Assembly (NCBI GenBank): GCA_031425655.1
Contig: JANPJS010000246.1
Location: 1 to 11,982 of the forward strand
Direction of reading: 5' to 3'
DNA length: 11,982 nucleotides
Source: Abditibacteriaceae bacterium
Lineage (GTDB): Bacteria; Armatimonadota; Abditibacteriia; Abditibacteriales; Abditibacteriaceae
Shown: positions 1 to 8,245 of the stretch, piece by piece
Layout: every line of letters starts with the position of its first letter
How positions within the stretch are numbered: position 1 is the first letter of the stretch
The notes under the pieces: model-generated
Database searches by the model: none
What the model was told of the DNA's origin: nothing
Seen by the model: the letters and a program-made list of their open reading frames with translations, nothing else
Program-made: the position numbers and the translations under genes

Positions 1-115
1 GCCCAGAGGGCACCCGGAAGAATCTCGGCTTATGCGGTGCTCTTGCTCATGCTGAGTGTGGAGGCTCTTACGCAGAGATTCTTCCGGGTGCCCTCTGGGC
101 AGGACTCAGAATGAC
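1..115. repeat. REP-doublet-like inverted repeat (GTCATTCTGAG...GAAGAATCTC type), left arm truncated by the window start
   Basis: 1-26 (gcccagagggcacccggaagaatctc) is the exact reverse complement of 75-100, with a 48-nt spacer. The right arm continues ...aggactcagaatgac to 115, giving GAGATTCTTC...CTCAGAATGAC, which I recognise from memory as a widespread REP-like repeat. Confidence 0.85.
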
Positions 116-161
116 TCAATGCCTCAGTGGTTGATTCGCCTAACACATCCCACTGCGTAAC

Positions 162-3100
162 ATGAATTTCCACGATAATCCACCACAATTCGTTATGCGA
201 CACTTCGTTAATCAGACCTCCACTTTTATTGCTACCGTGGTTGTCCTCGGTATGTTTGCGGCGAACTCAGCCAGCGCCAATATCCCTTCGGCTCGCACGT
301 TTTATAACGTGTCACTTTCCGTCAAGATTTACGAAGATAAAACGAGCGGGCTACAAAGCGGCCTTTCCCTTTTGGGGCCGCTGCCGAGCTATAATTTTCT
401 CGCTTCGTTCAACCACAACGCGACTTTGGTCGTGGCTCCTACCATTACCGATTCCGGCACGCCCAACGGCAGTAATGCGCGTGAGTTCGGTCTTTACACC
501 GGGGATTATCAATCCATGCCCGGTTTCGTGAACGCCTCCGATGGGGGATTGCTGCGTTTTTCCACCAATCAACGGCTCGCCCAAGATTTGGGTGTCAAAT
601 CGTTGCCTACAGCGACAGGTCAGGGGCCGGCGGGCACTCTGACCAATGATGTGGCGTTCGTGAAGGTGAATGAGCCAACCAACACCGTAACCATAGACGT
701 TGATCCGAATCGCGGCTTTAATTACGCCAATAGCTTCACCCGCAACCAAAGCATTTATAGCACGCATTTAGGCGCTAATGCCATCGCTTCGGGCACCACG
801 ACGATCAAGTTTTCGCCCGACGGCAGCCAAGTGCAGGGACAACTGCGCTTTGAATCCGGTTCTTCTTACAGCGGCTCGCTTATTTATGAAGCCACTTTTC
901 AAGGTTCAACTTCGTCCACGACTCCGCCCGGCCCGCAACAAGGCTTAGATGGCACGATTTGGGGTCAGGTTTATAACGATCTCGATAACAATGCCTCCAA
1001 AGGCACCGACGACCCGCCGCTCGCCAATCGCCGGATTTACGTAGATGCCAATAACAACAGCAGTTTCGATTCAGGCGAGAAGAATTGTCTGACCAACGAA
1101 GCCGGGTTTTATCTCATTTATGGCCTCGCATCCGGCTTTTACAGGGTTCGTCTTGAGACCCTCAGCGGCTGGCAAGCCACGACCACATCTTTAATAGTTT
1201 CGGTCACGAGCGGTCAGATAAGCGGCGGTAATAACTTCGGCAGCCGCCGTCCGGGGCTTTCCGTTTCGGGCAAAGTCAGCGTTGACCTCAATGGTGACGG
1301 CTTGCGCGATAGCGACCTTGATGGCGATGGTGTGCAGGATTGGGATGAAGACAAGCAAGGCGGATTGCCCGGCTGGACGGTTTTTGCGGATGCCGACGGC
1401 GACCGCGTGCTCGATGCCAGCGAAGCCAGAGCAGAAAGCGATGTTCAAGGCAAGTTTTATATTTATCTGGGCAACATCACATCAGGCGAGTATGCGATCT
1501 GTTTGGTCAATAAACCGGGATGGGTCGTCAACTTTCCGATGTCGGGAAATCAAGCCGGAGTTTTTGGGCCGTTGGGTCTTACACCCGAAGACATTGATCT
1601 TGGCCCGATTTACTTTCGAGCGTATCAACCCATCACGATTTCCGGCACGACGTTCAACGATTTGAACGCCGACAGCGAAAACGATCCCGGTGAGCCGGGC
1701 CTGGCTAACTGGCGCGTTTATCTCGACGCGGACAACGATCAAAAATACGATGTAGGTGAAACGAACGTGCTCACGGCAGCGGACGGCACTTATGCGTTTT
1801 CCAACATCAAACCCGGCTTGTATTACGTGCGCCAAGTGCAGAAAAGTGGCTGGCTTCGTTCTTTTCCTTCCGTCTTAGTGCCGGGTTTTGGCGACTCCAA
1901 AGGCGGTTGGGGCGTGCGTGCCCATAGTGGCTATCATGCCCGTCCCGCCGACTTTGGCAATCATCAGCGTGGCACGATTTTATTTACAGCCTTCCATGAC
2001 AAAGACGGCAATGGAACAAAGGCGGCGGACGAGGAGTATCTGCCCGCTCGCACCGTCTTCATAGATAGCGATAACGATGGCGTTCTCGACAGCAGCACTT
2101 TCACTAAGGCCTCGACGGATATTCCCAAAACAGTTCCTGACATGGGCACCGCCACATCCAGTCTGACAGTCAGCGAACGAAGCGGCGTGTTGCGTGACGT
2201 AAACGTAACGCTCAACATCACTCATGCCGTCGCGCACGATTTAGATATTACGCTCATCGCACCTTCGGGCAAGCGCATCCTTCTCGCGGCGCGGCCCACC
2301 GGCCCGAACGGCAACTTCACGGGCACCATTTTCGACGATGAAGCCACAACCAAAATTGCTGATGGGAATGCGCCTTTTAGCGGCAGTTTCCAGCCGCTAA
2401 AAGCACTGTCAAGCCTTGATCGCATCAATCCCAACGGCGTGTGGAAGCTGGAAATCATTGATAATCAGCAAGACCACAGTGGCGTTCTCAATAGCTGGTC
2501 ACTTACGATTAAGCATGGCGAGGCGAGCGCACAGACGGACGCCAGCGGAGCGTGGTATTTCCCCGGTCTGGCGCCGGGCGAATACACCGTCCGTCAGATT
2601 GTGCCAACTGGTTGGGTAGAAACAGCGCCGCTCGCCGGGTTCTTAAAAACAACTCTTGCTGCCTCCGCTGTCGAATTGCTCAACTTCGGCACAGCGCGCT
2701 CTGGCTCTATCGCGGGCACCGTGTGGAAAGACATCAACGGCGACCTTTATCAGCAAAGCAATGAACCCGGTTTGGCGAATTGGCGCGTTTATGTAGACAC
2801 GGATAGCGACGGCATCTTCGACACGGGAGAAAAGAGTGCCCTTACCAACGCCAACGGCGCTTATCTCATTACTCAATTAAAGCCGGGAAAGCATCTCGTG
2901 CGGCAAGTTCTCCAAACGGCTTGGCGGCAATCTTATCCGTGGCTCAACGCTGGTCACGACGTAACGCTAAAGAGCGGACAAGGCATAACATTTGTTGACT
3001 TTGGCGCTACCAAGACCGGCGCCATTTCGGGCAACGTATTCAACGATTTGGAAGCGAACGGAGTAAAAAACCCCACCGATACACCTCTTGTATTTTGGCC

Positions 3101-4538
3101 GATTTATCTCGATGCCAATAACAACGGTAACTACGATAGCACCCTCAGAACGCTTTCTTCCGCCGATACGCCCAGGCTTCTGGCTAATCCGGGCAATAGC
3201 GTCTCCACTATCTCTGTGAGTGGAATCACCGATTATTTGCTCGATATTCAAGTGAAGTTAAATATTCAGCACGCCTTTGACTCCGATCTGCGCGTTTTTC
3301 TCGTCGCGCCATCGGGTCGCATGACGCGTTTGTTCGCTAACATCGGCGGAAGCGGCGATAACTTTACCAACACCGTTTTCGATAATGTGGCCTCCACCTC
3401 CATCCGCGCCGGCGTTCCACCCTTCGCCGGGACTTTTCGGCCAGAAGAACAGTTGTATTTGGCCGGTGGCGAAAGCCTCAACGGCACATGGTCGTTAGTG
3501 ATTGAGGACGTTAACCCCTACAATCAAGGCGTGCTGCAAAACTGGTCGTTGATAGTGCGCACCTCTAATGAGCCGTATGTCTGGACAGATGACAACGGTG
3601 ACTATTCTTTTTATGGCTTATCTCCCGGCACTTACAACGTGCGCCAGTTTGCTCAACCCGACTGGCGCCGCACCTTTCCGGCAACCAACGCTTATACCGC
3701 AACCATCGGCACTGCCACCGACGCGAGAAATTGTAACTTCGGCAACGTGCGCATCGTCGCTCCTGTCAACGAAAGCTTGAGTCCCAGCAGCGGCGCCGCA
3801 GTCGGTGGGCGTGTCTTCACAGCAAAGTATGCGGATGAAAATGGTGCCAGTGACATCACAGCCGCGCATTTTCTGGTTAATACCAGCACTAACACGGCTA
3901 ACGCGCTTTATGTTTATTACAACGCTGCGAACAATAAGCTGTATCTTCGTAACGACGCCGGCACCGCCTTTATTGGCGGCTTCGTGCCCGGCTCGAACAA
4001 CACAATTAGCAACTCGCAGGGAAGTCTTAATTGCGCGAACACGACAGTGAGCAAATCGGGCGACACGCTCACCCTCAATTGGAGCTTGGTGCCCGCCGCC
4101 AAGTGGGCCGGCACGACGCAGAATATTTATCTGTATGTGCGAGACGTTGGCGGACTTACGGATGGTTTCGACCTCATGGGCGCATGGAGCATCTCCAGCA
4201 GCGCCGGTGCGGCGAAGACAACCACAACAGGAGCAGCATCGCCTATCCAGTTGTCTTCGGCTGCGGCGTGGGTGAAGTCCCACAGTCTGCAACTGACGTT
4301 TAGTGGTGCTCTAAATTCCACAGCGGCAGAAGAAGTCGGTCACTATCAAGTTACTGTCAACGGTCAAATCTTAGAGGTGCTGCGTGCCGATTATAACGCG
4401 GCCACCGCCAGTGTAATATTGAGCTTGCCCACAGGCACTTTCAAAGTCGGCGACACCTTAACAGTGGTATGGAGTAACTTACGGGATAGCAAGAGCGCAA
4501 TGCTGAACGGTGACACATCGGCACTCATCGCTCGGTAG
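162..4538 (+). CDS. Large secreted adhesin-like protein: signal peptide, uncharacterised N-terminal domain, six SdrD B-like (Cna-B-type, Ca-binding) repeats, two proprotein convertase P-domains, two C-terminal beta-rich domains
   Basis: 1458-aa ORF; the start may be ATG 195 (MRHFVNQTSTFIATVVVLGMFAANSASA is signal-peptide-like). Repeated motif G.I.G.V(F/W/Y)xDxxxxG...L.xW.(V/I)(Y/F).D.(D/N)xxG..D.GE...T...G.Y....L..G.Y.VRQ....GW...(N/D)FG starts near 951, 1263, 1638, 1971, 2703 and 3018. P-domain motifs D(V/I)xVxLNIxHxxxxDLxxxLxAPSG...NGxWxLxIxD...GVLxxWSL lie at ~2100-2515 and ~3150-3565. Confidence 0.92.
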   Translation: MNFHDNPPQFVMRHFVNQTSTFIATVVVLGMFAANSASANIPSARTFYNVSLSVKIYEDKTSGLQSGLSLLGPLPSYNFLASFNHNATLVVAPTITDSGTPNGSNAREFGLYTGDYQSMPGFVNASDGGLLRFSTNQRLAQDLGVKSLPTATGQGPAGTLTNDVAFVKVNEPTNTVTIDVDPNRGFNYANSFTRNQSIYSTHLGANAIASGTTTIKFSPDGSQVQGQLRFESGSSYSGSLIYEATFQGSTSSTTPPGPQQGLDGTIWGQVYNDLDNNASKGTDDPPLANRRIYVDANNNSSFDSGEKNCLTNEAGFYLIYGLASGFYRVRLETLSGWQATTTSLIVSVTSGQISGGNNFGSRRPGLSVSGKVSVDLNGDGLRDSDLDGDGVQDWDEDKQGGLPGWTVFADADGDRVLDASEARAESDVQGKFYIYLGNITSGEYAICLVNKPGWVVNFPMSGNQAGVFGPLGLTPEDIDLGPIYFRAYQPITISGTTFNDLNADSENDPGEPGLANWRVYLDADNDQKYDVGETNVLTAADGTYAFSNIKPGLYYVRQVQKSGWLRSFPSVLVPGFGDSKGGWGVRAHSGYHARPADFGNHQRGTILFTAFHDKDGNGTKAADEEYLPARTVFIDSDNDGVLDSSTFTKASTDIPKTVPDMGTATSSLTVSERSGVLRDVNVTLNITHAVAHDLDITLIAPSGKRILLAARPTGPNGNFTGTIFDDEATTKIADGNAPFSGSFQPLKALSSLDRINPNGVWKLEIIDNQQDHSGVLNSWSLTIKHGEASAQTDASGAWYFPGLAPGEYTVRQIVPTGWVETAPLAGFLKTTLAASAVELLNFGTARSGSIAGTVWKDINGDLYQQSNEPGLANWRVYVDTDSDGIFDTGEKSALTNANGAYLITQLKPGKHLVRQVLQTAWRQSYPWLNAGHDVTLKSGQGITFVDFGATKTGAISGNVFNDLEANGVKNPTDTPLVFWPIYLDANNNGNYDSTLRTLSSADTPRLLANPGNSVSTISVSGITDYLLDIQVKLNIQHAFDSDLRVFLVAPSGRMTRLFANIGGSGDNFTNTVFDNVASTSIRAGVPPFAGTFRPEEQLYLAGGESLNGTWSLVIEDVNPYNQGVLQNWSLIVRTSNEPYVWTDDNGDYSFYGLSPGTYNVRQFAQPDWRRTFPATNAYTATIGTATDARNCNFGNVRIVAPVNESLSPSSGAAVGGRVFTAKYADENGASDITAAHFLVNTSTNTANALYVYYNAANNKLYLRNDAGTAFIGGFVPGSNNTISNSQGSLNCANTTVSKSGDTLTLNWSLVPAAKWAGTTQNIYLYVRDVGGLTDGFDLMGAWSISSSAGAAKTTTTGAASPIQLSSAAAWVKSHSLQLTFSGALNSTAAEEVGHYQVTVNGQILEVLRADYNAATASVILSLPTGTFKVGDTLTVVWSNLRDSKSAMLNGDTSALIAR

Positions 4539-4565
4539 TTGTGTCAGAAAGGCTCGTTAAAAACG

Positions 4566-4597
4566 AAACAGCGGCGAGTTTTCACTCGCCGCTGTTT
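4566..4597. terminator. Bidirectional rho-independent terminator between the convergent genes
   Basis: Perfect 14-bp stem aaacagcggcgagt (4566-4579) / actcgccgctgttt (4584-4597) with a tttc loop. It is A-rich on the left and T-rich on the right, and lies between the stops at 4538 (+) and 4611 (-). Confidence 0.85.
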
Positions 4598-4610
4598 TGC
4601 TATTCAGAAT

Positions 4611-7600
4611 TCATCCCGTCAGGCGTGCATTGCGCAGCTTGTAACTGGCGCCGTGCGGGTTGCCGGCAAAGCCGAGCCAGCGATAATCGTCGCCGTGTAA
4701 GGCGCCTAACGTGAGCGCATCGAGATTCCAGCTCGTTTGGTCGGGATGCAACTTTTGCAGCGCGGCGCCGAGGGGAAAAGTCACGCGCTGCCAGCCGCCG
4801 GGCAGGTTTTGCACAAAGCCCGGCTCTTTGCGAATGTCGCCGAGCGATTTCACGCGCGCATCGCGCGGCTGCGCGTCGGTGAGCGCCAGCATCAGCATCT
4901 CATCGCCGAGCGTGGCGTAAAGGTCGAGTTTGGCCTCGCCCGGCTGCCATTCCCATTCGATTTTGCTTTGCGGTGTGATTGTCAGCGAAGCAGGCTTTTC
5001 TTTGGGCGCGTCGGCTTTAGCCAGATTAACCGCGAAAAGACCGCCTGTCGTCGGATTGCGCGCTGTCCAGATGTCGTTCGCTTCGTCTAAAACTGTTGAC
5101 GGCAGGCCATCGGATAACATTGGGCGCGGCGTTAAAGCGCCGGGCGCCTGCGTTGAGCCGGTCGGCGCCGATATGGCCGCATCGAGCAAGCCTTCGGGCA
5201 TGATGCGGGCGCCGGGAACGGCGCTTTCGATCTTGGCCCGCGCGATCATCATCGCGCCGTCCACCGTCCAAAACGCGACGTGCCCGCCGCTTTGCGCTGA
5301 GGGCAGCGGCGTGGCATCGAAGTATTCAAGGAGCGGCTCGTCGTCTAACGTCAGGCGCAGTAATAGGCCGGTCTTGCCGCCCCGCGTGCCAAGACGCGCT
5401 TCGGCGCGAATATAAAACCACTTCTTGTGAAATGACAAATTCTGGTTGATGGGCCGCTCGAAACGCGCATTCGGCGCGACGGATTCGGCCACGACCTGCG
5501 TGCCTTTCATCAAGCGGCTGCGCGTGTTGTTCCAGCCCGCAACCACGAACGAATAACCCGACGCGAGATTTTTTCCGTCGCCTAAAACCGTGATATTGAG
5601 GTTGCCGGGATTGGAATAACCGATTTCCTTCGGCAAATCCATCTGGTTGTTGGCATAGATTTCCACGACGGTATCGCCGCCATAAATGCGCTTGCTCCAC
5701 AACACGGGATTCAGGCCTTCGCCGCCGAAAAACGACCAATCGGAGTAGCACGGCCAACGCGAAATAACCGCCCAATGGCCCTGCGTGGAATACCAATCGG
5801 TCGGCGCTTCCGTAAAGGTGTAATCGTCGCGGTTGGCGCTGAAAGCGCGCAGGGTATTGGTGCGAACGACCGTATTTGTCGAGCGCACCGCGAAGCGCGT
5901 GCCCGGCGGTGCAGCCACGTCATCGGGCGCCACGTAACTCATCGCGGGATGGTTGTTGACCGACAGCAAAACGCCGCGCCCTTCGAGCGTCACTTTGAGA
6001 GGCACACCGCCCGCCGCTTCCTCGCCTTCTTTGGCTTCCTCAACTGCATCCTGCGCTTTAATATCGCCTTGTTTGAGCGTGGCCGCGCCACGTAGCAACG
6101 TGGCGCGAAGGCCGTCTTTTTTGCCCAATCCCTCGAAGCGCAGCACGTAGCCGCTGTCGAATTTGCCGCTGGCGGCGCGTAAAGCGAATTCGATTTGGTT
6201 GCCGGCAACCGTCCCACGCTTCCACACATATTCCAGCGCAGCATCGCCGAAAAACTCGCCGGTGTTCCAGAATTCTCGCACATTGCCCCCGCCGTTGCCG
6301 ACCGGCCACTCACCGGCAGGCGAAGCCCAACCGACCATGAGGGCATCGTCGGCCATTTTCGGCGCGACTTTAGCCGGTTCAGGCGACGGCGGAAAATACA
6401 TCACGGCTTCACGAAACGAAGGCGAAGTCAAACCCTGTGCGTAAAGTCCAGGACGACCGGGCGTAACGGCATCATCGGCGCGTTGGGCCAACAAACGATT
6501 GCCGGCGTAAATCGCCAGAGCGCCCGGCGCTACGTGCAGTGAAATCGGCACATAGCCGTCTTTATCGGCGAGATCAAGCAGCGCCGCAGGTTCGTCGCGC
6601 ACGATTTGCGCTTTGCCGGCGCGATAAACCAAAATCTGCTGCTTTCCGGCATAACCGACGGCGCTTTTCGGCCCGGCCCAACGAAAAACCGTGTAATTGG
6701 CATTATCTCGATAGCCGACCACGATGCCGCACGCGCCCGCCGTGCCCGAACGCGCTTGAATCGAAAAATGATAATTCGTCCAATCGGCGCGGCCCATCAA
6801 ATCCAGTCGCGTGGCGCCTTTGTCTTCTTTGCTCGGCGCCGAAGTCAGCACGCCGTTTTGCGGCGTCCAGACGCCCAAAAGCGGCGTCCACGCGCCGCTG
6901 ACCGCGCCGGTAAAATCGAGGCGATAGTATTCGTAAGAGCGAATGCGCACGTCGTCGAAGTTAGCCGCCGCCATATATTGCGCGATCAAACCGATGCCGC
7001 CCTGCCCGAACGAAGCGTCGGCGATTTTGAAAACCGGCACGCTATCTACGAAACATTCAACAAAGCCCGGCGAGGTTCGCACGCCCAGACGATACCATTG
7101 GCGCGGCAAAAACGCGCCCGGCGCGCGAGCTAAAACCGTCGCTTTGCCGTCCTCGACGCGCACTAATTGCCGCGCCGACGGCCCTTCGGCAGCGCTCCAC
7201 TGAAAAGCCAGATAGTTTTTCGCGTCCTGCACATAAACCGCGAGTCCGACCGCGCCGCGCCCGCCGGGACGCACCGAAACCTGCGCGTCGTAATTGTCCC
7301 AAAAGCGCGATTTGCGCGGCTCGATTGTCGTGAAAGCCGCGCTCGCCGGCGTGGAAACCAGATACGAAAACGGATTGGCGCTCATCTCGACGTTCTTTTG
7401 GGAAATGCTGTCGCTGCTGGCGGTCAGCGTCCATTTTCCGCCGCTTTCGACCCATTCGTTGCCCTGCCCGGCCACGCGCGTGAAATCGTCGTTAAAGAAA
7501 ATCTCTTCGTCAACCGGCTGCACGCGCGCGTCTTTCCAACTCCAGCCGCCGCTGGACAGCGCGCCGATTTTACCTGTCGTAAAAGCCGCGTCGAAGGCCG

Positions 7601-7961
7601 TCAGCAGCACGCGGTCGCCGACTAAAACCTGCATCGTCCACGGGCGGCGCTTGATCGTGACCTTTGTGCCCGTTGCGAAATTGGCTTTGGCCGTCGCCAA
7701 GCGTTGCGGACGGCCTTCGATCACAGCACGCAGCGCGGCATCGCCCGGCGTGATTTCCAGCGCGTAGAAATTGAGATTATCTTTCCAGTCGAAAGCCACG
7801 GTCAGGCCGCCGCGCGCCGACGACGACTGCACGCTGAAAGACAAGTCGAAATGCGGCTCGGCCTCATCGTCGAGAAACTCGTAACCGGCGGCGCGCATCG
7901 GCGCGCTCAGACTAACAATACAGGCCAACAAAAGCAGAATTCGTCGCAGAAAATAAAACAT
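4611..7961 (-). CDS. Secreted multidomain protein with ~5 concanavalin A-like lectin/glucanase (LamG / DUF1080-like) beta-sandwich domains (1116 aa)
   Basis: The ORF track gives 4611..8156, but Met66 (ATG at 7961) begins a clear signal peptide, MFYFLRRILLLLACIVSLSAPMRA, and most of the upstream extension runs through a palindromic repeat. Repeated ConA/DUF1080-like signatures: WDNYDAQVSVR..GAVGLAVYVQDAKNYLAF..WYRLGVR..FVDSVPVFKIADASFGQGGIGL..FDDVRI, WTNYHFSIQAR..CGIVVGYRDNANYTVFRW..GRPGLYAQG, and GDTVVEIYAN..SGYSFVV..GGHVAFWT. Confidence 0.85.
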   Translation of the reverse strand: MFYFLRRILLLLACIVSLSAPMRAAGYEFLDDEAEPHFDLSFSVQSSSARGGLTVAFDWKDNLNFYALEITPGDAALRAVIEGRPQRLATAKANFATGTKVTIKRRPWTMQVLVGDRVLLTAFDAAFTTGKIGALSSGGWSWKDARVQPVDEEIFFNDDFTRVAGQGNEWVESGGKWTLTASSDSISQKNVEMSANPFSYLVSTPASAAFTTIEPRKSRFWDNYDAQVSVRPGGRGAVGLAVYVQDAKNYLAFQWSAAEGPSARQLVRVEDGKATVLARAPGAFLPRQWYRLGVRTSPGFVECFVDSVPVFKIADASFGQGGIGLIAQYMAAANFDDVRIRSYEYYRLDFTGAVSGAWTPLLGVWTPQNGVLTSAPSKEDKGATRLDLMGRADWTNYHFSIQARSGTAGACGIVVGYRDNANYTVFRWAGPKSAVGYAGKQQILVYRAGKAQIVRDEPAALLDLADKDGYVPISLHVAPGALAIYAGNRLLAQRADDAVTPGRPGLYAQGLTSPSFREAVMYFPPSPEPAKVAPKMADDALMVGWASPAGEWPVGNGGGNVREFWNTGEFFGDAALEYVWKRGTVAGNQIEFALRAASGKFDSGYVLRFEGLGKKDGLRATLLRGAATLKQGDIKAQDAVEEAKEGEEAAGGVPLKVTLEGRGVLLSVNNHPAMSYVAPDDVAAPPGTRFAVRSTNTVVRTNTLRAFSANRDDYTFTEAPTDWYSTQGHWAVISRWPCYSDWSFFGGEGLNPVLWSKRIYGGDTVVEIYANNQMDLPKEIGYSNPGNLNITVLGDGKNLASGYSFVVAGWNNTRSRLMKGTQVVAESVAPNARFERPINQNLSFHKKWFYIRAEARLGTRGGKTGLLLRLTLDDEPLLEYFDATPLPSAQSGGHVAFWTVDGAMMIARAKIESAVPGARIMPEGLLDAAISAPTGSTQAPGALTPRPMLSDGLPSTVLDEANDIWTARNPTTGGLFAVNLAKADAPKEKPASLTITPQSKIEWEWQPGEAKLDLYATLGDEMLMLALTDAQPRDARVKSLGDIRKEPGFVQNLPGGWQRVTFPLGAALQKLHPDQTSWNLDALTLGALHGDDYRWLGFAGNPHGASYKLRNARLTG

Positions 7962-8054
7962 GGTGAACACAGTCGCGCCGCGCAGGAAAAGCCTTGCGCG
8001 GCGCGGGAAATGGCGTCTTTGCTTTGACAGGATGGCGGCGAAGCAGTTCCGAAG

Positions 8055-8234
8055 AACCCCATCCCACCTGCCCAGAGGGCGCCCGCTTCCCCTTGAAACG
8101 GCTAAGGGGAAGGGAGTTCTACCCCTCTGCTTCAGAAAAATTACAGCTTTCATCAAAACAAAAGCGGCGGGACTCCCTTCCCCTTAGCCGTTTCAAGGGG
8201 AAGCGGGCGCCCTCTGGGCAGGTGGGATGGGGTT
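8055..8234. repeat. REP-doublet/REPIN-like element: 63-bp perfect inverted repeat (CCCCATCCCA...CTTCCCCTT-N9-AAGGGGAAGGG type)
   Basis: 8055-8117 is the exact reverse complement of 8172-8234, with a 54-nt spacer. Each arm has an internal hairpin (cttcccctt 8086-8094 / aaggggaag 8104-8112). It lies 11 nt downstream of the stop of the 8246..10438 gene. Confidence 0.92.
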
Positions 8235-8245
8235 AGACACGAGGT

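Noticed and set aside
3618..4292. 224-aa antisense ORF, representative of the many shadow ORFs (e.g. 8477-9145 +, 9761-10357 +, 6606-7133 +)
   Set aside because: All lie within well-supported genes on the other strand or frame, have no recognisable motifs, and are expected in GC-rich DNA.
7962..8156. 65-codon N-terminal extension of the 1181-aa ORF
   Set aside because: It starts inside and reads through the palindromic repeat, is Arg/Gly-rich and unprotein-like, and precedes a clean signal peptide starting at ATG 7961.
8051..8238. Possible integron attC site, since GTTAGAC at 8232-8238 matches GTTRRRY
   Set aside because: The left end (gaagaac) is not an RYYYAAC inverse core, the arms are perfect with no extrahelical bases, and there is no integrase or cassette array.
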